From contig DXEV01000168.1 of the NCBI GenBank assembly GCA_019114785.1, forward strand, positions 2,515 to 66,514: 64,000 nt of DNA, written 5' to 3'. The position numbers and the translations under genes are program-made. Below, piece by piece: positions 46,673 to 54,430 of the stretch. Positions within the stretch are counted from its first letter, which is position 1. Each line of letters begins with the position of its first letter. The stretch comes from Candidatus Anaerobiospirillum pullistercoris (lineage in GTDB: Bacteria > Pseudomonadota > Gammaproteobacteria > Enterobacterales > Succinivibrionaceae). The notes under the pieces were generated by a model, which saw nothing but the letters and a program-made list of their open reading frames with translations, was not told the origin of the DNA and searched no databases.

Positions 46673-47566
46673 ATGCGAGAGTTAAATCTTCCTGTTAGTC
46701 TAAGTGGCAAGATCATCAATACCTTGCGGGCGGTGTTGCCCGATCTGCCGGTGGCCTTGGGGCGTTTGACTAAGTACATCTTGGAAAATACGCGCGAGGT
46801 TACTACCCAGAATGTGACCGAAGTGGCTAAGTCGGCCGGAGTGGGTGAAGCTACAGTTGTGCGTCTTGCTAAGTTCTTAAAGTTCCAAGGCTTTAAGGAG
46901 TTTCAGTTAGAGCTGGCCAAAGAGATCGCTGGTAATTCCCTACCAAGTGAAGAGGAAAAGATCCTTGATTCGGATATCTCCGACGGCGATGACTGCACTA
47001 TGATCGCAAGGAAGCTGAAGCTTTCCATTATTCATTCGCTTAACGAGAATATCCGCAGCCTCGATGAAAACACCCTGATGCCGGTAGCCGATGCCATCTA
47101 TAAGGCTCGTAAAGTCTTTATCGTCGGTGTAGGTAATTCCTGCCTCAGCGCTCTATTTCTGAAGAACAAGCTCAGCCGTATTGGTATTGATGCCGTGTGC
47201 GAAGCAATGAACCACTTCCAATACACCTCGCTGGCCATGTTGGGCCCAAGTGATGTGGTTATTGCTCTGTCGCAAAAGGGTAACAGTTACGAGACCGTGA
47301 AGTCCTTCCAGATTGGTAAGGATACCGGAGCTTTAGCGGTGGCCATCACCAATAACCCTGTGGGCAAGCTAGCCCAGATGGCAGATTACGTGATCTACAA
47401 CGGTAATGAAGAGGGTGCTTTGCAAGGCGATAGTGCCGCCACGATTGCGGCCCAGATCCATATCTGCGAAGTGATTTATACGCTAGTGGTGTCCTTTAAC
47501 CGTGCAAAGGCCGTTAAGACTAAGCAGATCACCTTGCAGGCTTTAAAGCAACGTGTCGATCTGTAG
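46673..47566 (+). CDS. RpiR/MurR-family transcriptional regulator (HTH_6 + SIS), likely nan regulator
   Basis: ATG at 46673 follows GAGGTGA. The HTH region is 'TQNVTEVAKSAGVGEATVVRLAKFLKFQGFKEF'. The SIS domain motifs are 'VFIVGVGNS' and 'VVIALSQKGNS'. It lies divergent from and adjacent to the nan cluster. Confidence 0.8.
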   Translation: MRELNLPVSLSGKIINTLRAVLPDLPVALGRLTKYILENTREVTTQNVTEVAKSAGVGEATVVRLAKFLKFQGFKEFQLELAKEIAGNSLPSEEEKILDSDISDGDDCTMIARKLKLSIIHSLNENIRSLDENTLMPVADAIYKARKVFIVGVGNSCLSALFLKNKLSRIGIDAVCEAMNHFQYTSLAMLGPSDVVIALSQKGNSYETVKSFQIGKDTGALAVAITNNPVGKLAQMADYVIYNGNEEGALQGDSAATIAAQIHICEVIYTLVVSFNRAKAVKTKQITLQALKQRVDL

Positions 47567-48222
47567 CTGGCTGTAGCTGGCAGCGGCAAAACTAAGCTTG
47601 GTGCAGCTTGTGCTTAGGTTTGCGCGCTATCGAGAGTTGGCAGCGTAATGTGTTGCGTGCCGTGCACGTGCAAAATAGCTTGGCTATCTTTTTATACTGT
47701 GGGCGGCGAGCTTGTTGGACAGGACTCCACTGGGATATAGGCAGGGCCTCGCCAAAGCTGATTTGGAGCGAGATGTTAAGTTTTTCCTTGGTTTTCGTGG
47801 GCGCGGTCACGGGCTTTTTTTGTGAATTAAGCTAAGCTACGTACTCATCGAGTGTTGGCCAATGTGCCAGAATTTGGGATCGTTTCTTTAGGGTTATTTG
47901 GGTCGTTATGATTAGTGACGTGTATCAGAGCAGCTGTGTACACGGTCGCGTCGAAGGGAGCGCGACTGTGGGCTGTGCTGTGCACGTTGCATATCCTTGT
48001 ACATGGCAGCTGGATTCTGGCGCGGAGCGGGGCATAGTTGAAATGCTGCCAAGTTGGCAGTATGGCCTGCATGGCCAGCATGGCTATGGCCAGTGCTACC
48101 TGCATGGGCAAAGTCAGAACGGGTTGATCTGTCAGAGCAGGCAGGTGTGGCAGCTTGCACCTGTGGTGGCTTTAGGTGGCGCTATTTTGCTTGGCATAAC
48201 TCTAGTCACAGGACTAGTGTGT

Positions 48223-50484
48223 ATGCTGTTAATGGGTATGCTGTACTTCTGTCAGTTCCTGCATGACAGAGTGTTGCAAGTGAGGCAAGTGCAGCGCTTG
48301 ATTCTGGCGATCAGTTTACTTTCGTGCTCTAACTCGGTGTGGGCTTTGCCGCTTAGCAATTCTCTAGCAGTGGGCACTTCATGGGAAGCGGGACGCTTAG
48401 ACTATGTCTATGGGGGATCTGAGGTTGCGGCTTTTGTAAACACCCCTGAGCAGATCCAGTTGCAGTTAGTGCTCTGTGCTAAAAATGAGGCTGCACCTTA
48501 TCGCTTTTCAGTCCTGTTACCTCGTAGCACTGATGCCTCAGGTATTATCCCAGTGAAGCTCATGGTTGATGGTGTTACCACCAGCCTGTATGCGGAGATC
48601 CTCAATAATTCCTTAGAATTTCAGGTTGGGGCTAACTTTTTGATCACGCTGCCGGAGAGCCCAACTCTCGAAATGGAATTCAATGCCGCTGATGCCAAGT
48701 ATTTGCAGATCCCAGAGCATGTGTCGTTTTCGATGGAGCGGGCGCATAGTGCCTTAGATCAAGTCGCTAAATCCTGTACGATCCTGTGTCGTGAGCAAGG
48801 TTTTGCCTGCTCTAAGTCATTGATTGCAGGCATGCTGTGGCCTCACCAAGGCTTTAATACTATGGAAAGCCTTATAGCCATACGGACGCATGGGGAGCGA
48901 GCACACGATAGCTCCGCTGGCGATGCAGCATCAGGCGATGCGGCATCCGGCGATGCGACTGCGAGCGGCGATGCTGACGCGGAGGATGACCCCACAGTAA
49001 AGCTGAGCCAAGAGCTGGGGGTTAGCCCTGATGAGGTCGTCGATATAGACCGTTTTTGTTTGCAGTGGTCGAATGGGGCGTTACATGCCCGAAGTGCCCT
49101 TAGTGGTACACCTAGTGGTTTGATCAGCACTATTCATCAGGGACAGAAGCTGCCTCATTTTGTACCCACAGCTAAGTGTAAAAAGGCTCTAGAGCTAGTG
49201 TATGCGCGCACTGGTGCCGATGCTCTAAGTTTTCTGCATCAGCTTTTCCACCAGAGCAATGGTTTCTATCAGCAATACGTACAGCTCTGGAATGGTGTGG
49301 TACGTGATACCGCTCACTGGCAACAGCAGCAGCCCGAACCTGAAATTAACGATTTTGACTACTACTTAGCCCTCTTTTCGCTCTTTAGCGATACGCCGAT
49401 CTCTCAATATCCCCAAAGCTATTACGACATCCTAAAACTGCGCGAAGATCCATCTTCGTTCATCTACGCGATTGACAACCGTTATGAGCTGGAAACGGTA
49501 AAGTATTACTCGGTGCTGAGTCGTCGAGTGCATATGTCTTTATCCCTCAATCGCAATATCTCTAAGGCTTTAAGCATGTGGCAGCAGTTTTACCAAGACT
49601 TTAGTATGTCGCTCCCGCCTATTGCTAAGGCTCAAGCTTTACGTCCATTGATCTACAGACAGATGCTCATGCGAGTGTGGCGTTTAGCTGGACATCCTGA
49701 ATCCCTCCGTTTGCGTCCTCAGTACAATTTCACGCAAGGCACAGGAGGTAAGCCGCGTACTAATGAGCTGCTCGAGGCCAGATGCTCGATTTTTGAGGGT
49801 AGTAATGGTGATCAGTTCTTCTTTGCCAGCTCTGAGTGTGTGCAGTCTATTGCGAGCGATATTAGGCGACAGGGACTGCTTAATGATGATTTAAGGCAGG
49901 TATTGCTCAACTGGGATGCCTTTGCCAAGGCGTGGCGGCAATCAGACTTCTTTAGCCAAAATGATCAGGATGACATGGGCGAGCATTTGCGCTCGGGGTT
50001 AAGCCTAACGCTGCTGTCGCTGTATAAGACCTATGGCTTTGGTGATTACTTCTTATTGCGTAAGTGTCTCTCAACTCGCGATAGTGATATCTGCGCTTAT
50101 GATGCCTACAAGAATCAAAATCTCTATAGCCGCGAGCTGCGTAAGAACATTGCCGATCTGTCTTTGGTCGCAGGCAAAGAGGCCAGAGCTCTGAGTGATC
50201 TCAGCAAGTTGTGGGAGCGTTATTACGAGAGTTTGTGCACCTACACTAACAATCTTGCACAAAGTGGCAAGATCCCACGGTGGAGAGCCAGTTTTGTCCA
50301 AGCGGTAGCCACAACTTCACAAAGTGAGAGCGTATTGCAGGCTCTGTTTACTTTGCAGCACCAGCTGGTGCGCGATGCCGTCAGTGGAGGTCAGGACTCA
50401 GAGCAGGAAAGCGAGGATATGAGCAGTGAGGAGAGGGACGCGGCCGAGTCATTGTCAGCGGCTGCAATTACAGGCGAAGACTAG
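48223..50484 (+). CDS. Large hypothetical exported/membrane protein (possible DUF1311/LprI-like Cys-framed helical modules)
   Basis: The ORF is open from 47908, but 48050-48130 is built from CCATGG-type intergenic repeats. Plausible starts are ATG 48223/48232/48238 or GTG 48289. The last gives a signal-peptide-like 'QRLILAISLLSCSNSVWA'. 'C...DSDICAYDAYKNQNLYSRELRKNI...LSKLWERYYESLC' resembles the DUF1311 pattern. The C-terminus is acidic. Confidence 0.5.
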   Translation: MLLMGMLYFCQFLHDRVLQVRQVQRLILAISLLSCSNSVWALPLSNSLAVGTSWEAGRLDYVYGGSEVAAFVNTPEQIQLQLVLCAKNEAAPYRFSVLLPRSTDASGIIPVKLMVDGVTTSLYAEILNNSLEFQVGANFLITLPESPTLEMEFNAADAKYLQIPEHVSFSMERAHSALDQVAKSCTILCREQGFACSKSLIAGMLWPHQGFNTMESLIAIRTHGERAHDSSAGDAASGDAASGDATASGDADAEDDPTVKLSQELGVSPDEVVDIDRFCLQWSNGALHARSALSGTPSGLISTIHQGQKLPHFVPTAKCKKALELVYARTGADALSFLHQLFHQSNGFYQQYVQLWNGVVRDTAHWQQQQPEPEINDFDYYLALFSLFSDTPISQYPQSYYDILKLREDPSSFIYAIDNRYELETVKYYSVLSRRVHMSLSLNRNISKALSMWQQFYQDFSMSLPPIAKAQALRPLIYRQMLMRVWRLAGHPESLRLRPQYNFTQGTGGKPRTNELLEARCSIFEGSNGDQFFFASSECVQSIASDIRRQGLLNDDLRQVLLNWDAFAKAWRQSDFFSQNDQDDMGEHLRSGLSLTLLSLYKTYGFGDYFLLRKCLSTRDSDICAYDAYKNQNLYSRELRKNIADLSLVAGKEARALSDLSKLWERYYESLCTYTNNLAQSGKIPRWRASFVQAVATTSQSESVLQALFTLQHQLVRDAVSGGQDSEQESEDMSSEERDAAESLSAAAITGED

Positions 50485-50600
50485 CTGCTCGCTCGCGGGA
50501 AGAGGAATCGATAGGGGGCTGACTGATAGGAGAGGGCTGCTATGTAGTTTAGCAACCCTCCCCAAAAGATTAGGCGTTTGCAGAATTGCAGAGCCGTGTT

Positions 50601-51677
50601 TTAGAGCACAGTGAACTTGTACATGATGTAGCGGTTCAGAGGCTGCTTTGGAGTCACCACTGGGTTAACCTCAGTGAACTCCTTTAAGTGTGGAGCATCT
50701 GGGAAGTACTCTGGCTCAATGCAGAAGCCGTCGTGTGGGCCATATTCCTTATTGTCGTCACGAGCAATGGCTACATCTGGTACACCCTGATTGATGGCGT
50801 TGCCTGAGTAGAACTGGAAGGCTGGGTAGTTGGTAAAGACTTCAAGCTGTACTTGCTTGCCGTCCACGACCTCACCCTTGACCGTAGCACATGGCTTGGT
50901 GATGTCACCGTAGTCGTTAATGACATAGGCGTGATCGTAGCCACCAGTGAAGCGCATGTTCTCGTCACCCACAAAGTCCTCAACGCTGCCACTTGGAGCC
51001 AGCTTCTTGAACTGAGTGAAGTTGAAGTTATCGACCTTGTCGGTGCGAGCAGTGACGTCATAAACCACGCCAGTTGGAATGGAGCGAGGATCCATGAGCA
51101 GAATGCTCTTGGCGTTGAACATAGCCTCGTGGCCTAAAACCTTGCAGTGCTTGCCGTTTAAGTTGAAGTAAGAGTGGTTGGTGATGCAAGCTGGGCACTC
51201 TTGATCGCAAGTGCCGTGGTAGTCGACACGCAGCGAGCCATCATCGCCTAAGGTGTACTTCACAATCAGGTCAAAGTTGCCTGGGAAGCCCTCCTGGCCA
51301 TCTGGAGAGTGAAGCTTAAAGGTCACGCAGTTAGGTTGTTGCTCAAGGATGCTAAAACGCTGCTTATCAAAGCCAACGTCTCCGCCGTGTAACACCACGT
51401 CTTTGCCGCCACCGACTGTATAGTCCTTGCCATTGGCGACGAATTGGCCCTTGTCGATACGGTTGGCGTAACGACCAATGGTAGCACCCATGTAGCAGTA
51501 CTGGTGGTGATAGTCCTCTGGATTAGCAGGGCCGATCAGCATCTCACGTAAAGTGCCATTGCCAAGAGGCACCTTAATGGAGTGGATGGTGGCACCCCAG
51601 TCCATCAGGGTAACTTGCATGCCAGCGGCATTGTGCAGGGTAACTAAGGTTGGATTTTGTGGAAAGATATCGCTCAT
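50601..51677 (-). CDS. galM: Aldose 1-epimerase (galactose mutarotase)
   Basis: ATG at 51677 gives 'MSDIFPQNPTLVTLHNAAGMQVTLMDWGATIHSIKVP', typical of GalM. 'GATIGRYANRI', 'LHGG' and 'FCIEPE' are present. The longer ORF-track start reads through non-triplet repeats. Confidence 0.9.
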   Translation of the reverse strand: MSDIFPQNPTLVTLHNAAGMQVTLMDWGATIHSIKVPLGNGTLREMLIGPANPEDYHHQYCYMGATIGRYANRIDKGQFVANGKDYTVGGGKDVVLHGGDVGFDKQRFSILEQQPNCVTFKLHSPDGQEGFPGNFDLIVKYTLGDDGSLRVDYHGTCDQECPACITNHSYFNLNGKHCKVLGHEAMFNAKSILLMDPRSIPTGVVYDVTARTDKVDNFNFTQFKKLAPSGSVEDFVGDENMRFTGGYDHAYVINDYGDITKPCATVKGEVVDGKQVQLEVFTNYPAFQFYSGNAINQGVPDVAIARDDNKEYGPHDGFCIEPEYFPDAPHLKEFTEVNPVVTPKQPLNRYIMYKFTVL

Positions 51678-51703
51678 AGAATCGTAGCCGAGGCCCTCCC
51701 GTG

Positions 51704-51802
51704 GTCGACGATGTGTCGATGTCGTACCGACGACGTATCGACGTCGTACAGGCGTTACGCCGACGTCGCGCCGATGTCGTGCCGACGTCGTGCCGACGTA
51801 AT
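51704..51802. repeat. About nine imperfect tandem 11-bp units with palindromic core CGACGTCG, 27-125 bp upstream of galM
   Basis: The units run GTCGACGATGT GTCGATGTCGT ACCGACGACGT ATCGACGTCGT ACAGGCGTTAC GCCGACGTCGC GCCGATGTCGT GCCGACGTCGT GCCGACGTAAT. Confidence 0.8.
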
Positions 51803-52320
51803 GTTTAGCCTTGCTGTCATATTGCAGCTTGGGCAAACATTGAGAGGAGAGGAAGCGGCGTCCTCCTTAAATTGCATGTGGTGATCAACAAAGCTGCGTC
51901 TGGGTAGTGGAGATATGTGCCTAAGCGTAAACATTAGCTTGGCTGTTTGCGCTTGAGAGGCTGGCAGAGTCATATGGGGCAGCTCAGCTCCAAATGGCTT
52001 AGGGGATTGCTGACAGATCTGTCCATAGCACAGCTTAGTTGTTTTTCTCATTATAGCAGCTGCTATTTAGGGCGGCGGTAGCTTTTGTGTAAACGTTTCC
52101 AAAAACGTGATCGGCTTAGAAAACATAAATTGTAGGACTTAATGAGTGAGGCACACGCCGCATAGAGCAGCGCAGACAGCCTGTGTAGTGAGCCTTTGGC
52201 TGGTTTTCAGGCCTTACCTATGAGGCAACATGACCTAAAGAACCTAAATGCAGCCTATGGGGTGGCGATTTCCAGCTTGCTTTGGCTTGCTATGGCTCCT
52301 AACGTCTAAAGCTTTTCTAC

Positions 52321-53247
52321 TCAGCGCTGAAAAAAGTCTTCAACACTGTCAGCTTCCTCATATTCGACCGCTTGTCCTAAGCTCCGCATCAGGCCAATGT
52401 GTCTACTGAAATAGAGTTTAGAGGCAGGATCGCTATCACACATTAGGCAGTGACGCCCTTCGGCAATGCAGACTCTGCCCACGGTGCCGCTGCCAGCAAA
52501 GAAGTCGAGGACGATGGAGCTAGGGTAGGAAAGCGACTTCATCAAACGCTCAATAATCTCCACCGGCTTCTGTGTGGAATGCCCAACGCGCTCTTTGCTG
52601 TTGCCATTTAGCCGCCCGATCTGCCACACATTTGTGGGGTTTTTTCCTTTTAAGGTATTTTCAGGGTTAAGTCGCTTATCCTTTAAAGCCAGCTTCAGAT
52701 CTTCCTCTGAATACGGAACCCTAACCGCATCCAGATCAAAGTAATAATCCTTGGTCTTTGCCAGCCAAATGATCTCCTCATGCCTGTTGGCAAAATACCT
52801 TTGCGCTGACATACCGTTTTTGTAATGCCAAACAATGGTGTTGATCAGTTGGAATGCCGTGTGGTGCCTAACATGCTGAATGATGTCGATGAGGTCGCCT
52901 GATTTTTTGTCGCGAAATTGGATGCCACCAAAAATGACCATGTTGCCATTTGGGGCCAGTACCCTATAGGCCTCATCTAGCCATGTGGCGGCCCACTCAA
53001 TGTAGTTGGCATAGGCATCCCATCCTGCAAGCTCAAGGTTATACGGTGGGTCAATGCAGATCAGTTGGACTGATTCGTCAGGCAATGCTTTCAGGAACTC
53101 GTTGCAGTCCATGATGCTGTGCAGCAGCTTGACCTTAGTGGGCTTTGTGAAATCAGCTGCGCTTTTCTGCTTCCAGCTGTTATCTTTGCGCATTCTGTTT
53201 AGTGACCATAACGCGTGGTTATTGTGGGATTTGTTGTGGATCGCCAT
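52321..53247 (-). CDS. Beta-class (motif IV before motif I) DNA methyltransferase, probably N6-adenine; no adjacent endonuclease
   Basis: 'LICIDPPYNLE' (motif IV, DPPY) is N-terminal. 'HSTQKPVEIIERL' and 'VLDFFAGSGTVG' (motif I) are C-terminal. This is the PF01555-type order. Confidence 0.85.
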   Translation of the reverse strand: MAIHNKSHNNHALWSLNRMRKDNSWKQKSAADFTKPTKVKLLHSIMDCNEFLKALPDESVQLICIDPPYNLELAGWDAYANYIEWAATWLDEAYRVLAPNGNMVIFGGIQFRDKKSGDLIDIIQHVRHHTAFQLINTIVWHYKNGMSAQRYFANRHEEIIWLAKTKDYYFDLDAVRVPYSEEDLKLALKDKRLNPENTLKGKNPTNVWQIGRLNGNSKERVGHSTQKPVEIIERLMKSLSYPSSIVLDFFAGSGTVGRVCIAEGRHCLMCDSDPASKLYFSRHIGLMRSLGQAVEYEEADSVEDFFQR

Positions 53248-54430
53248 GTGTTATGCCTATGTGTAACGGTTAATGTTGTGCAGTGCAGTCTTAGTGGCCT
53301 CTTTGAGGCACAAGGGCTCCAGTGGGTTATACCCCCTGATAGCGTCGGTGCTGTCACCATTGGGGACAGGTATCGGTTACAGCTGTCTGAGGTTTACTTG
53401 GTGGATTGTCGCCTTTCTGGTTGGTGGCACTCATTCATTGTGACAACAAAGCATGATACCACTGGGATCTTTTGTGATGTTTGCGCCTTAGGCCTCATGA
53501 GGCCTCATGGGGCCTCATGGAGTACTGATGTAATCGCTCTTGGTGCTGCTGCTTTGCTTATAGCTCAACATCCATCTGCTGATGCCTCATGAGAGCGGGA
53601 TGGCGAAAGCAGCACGGGCTGGTTGACCCATTTGCCTTGGGCTGCCTTTGGCAGCCTTGGGCTCAAAATGTCCTAAAGTACCAATACGCATGGGCTTGGT
53701 GTTCAGTTTATGGGTATTTTGCGGCATAATAGGAAATTGAGCTTCAGTACCGGATTGTTCTTGGCTCGGGGCATGGCTTGTTCTCAGCCCTGTTGATGTT
53801 TTTTTGGCTGGCGGTGTTTGCCAGTGTTTGTGGTGCTGTTCTGTTCCTGTCTTAATGTGTGCCCTGTGACGCGTTAGAGGGAGCGTGAGCTCAAGTGGGA
53901 GTGGCTTTGGCCACTTAATGTCCCCCAAGGAAAATTCCTGTGGGGTTCTTTTGGGATTTCTTTTGGCGTGCTCGTCAGGAGTGATGGTAACGCTTGCACA
54001 GCTGTGGCCCGTGAGGGCAGATCTGCTCTCTGTTGCCTGTTAATTATTCAGGGGCGGATCGTGGGAGGCTGTGCGCTTTTGAGCATAGGGAGCGCTCGTC
54101 CGCAGTCATTTGTTTTTGGGACTGCATGGAGGGCGAAGATGCACGACAGGTCGCTCCAAATTTCTTTATTGCTCTTAGCCAAAGGGCTCTTAGCCAGAAA
54201 ACTTCTAGCTGTAGGTTGTCGTTAAGTCACAACAAAGTGTTGTTTGTTGGGCCGCTTGGCTTTTGTCTTAGGTTTGTACACCAAAAGAGCAGCAATTTGG
54301 GGAATATACGTCTAGACCAAGGGTTTGTTCGGTCTTGAGTGGGATCTGTCAAGATGTGTGCGGCAGAGCTTCTTCTCGTTTTGCGTCGAGTAGAGATTGA
54401 GCTTGCTGGGTTTTGAGGTGTAATTTTTTT

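Noticed and set aside
47908-48222. The first ~105 codons of the 858-aa ORF.
   Set aside because: They overlap CCATGG-type repeat DNA, like that seen in the nanK upstream spacer, and have odd His/Gly/Gln/Cys composition. The real start is probably at 48223-48289. This is not proven.
51678-51836. A 53-aa N-terminal extension of galM in the ORF track.
   Set aside because: It reads through an 11-bp (non-triplet) tandem repeat, giving Arg/Val/Thr-rich nonsense. The ATG at 51677 gives a canonical GalM N-terminus.
53215-53928. ORFs of 125 aa (plus strand) and 113 aa (minus strand) next to the methyltransferase, considered as a cognate restriction endonuclease or controller protein.
   Set aside because: I recognise no nuclease or HTH motif. 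There is no RBS, one overlaps the MTase start, and the composition looks non-coding.
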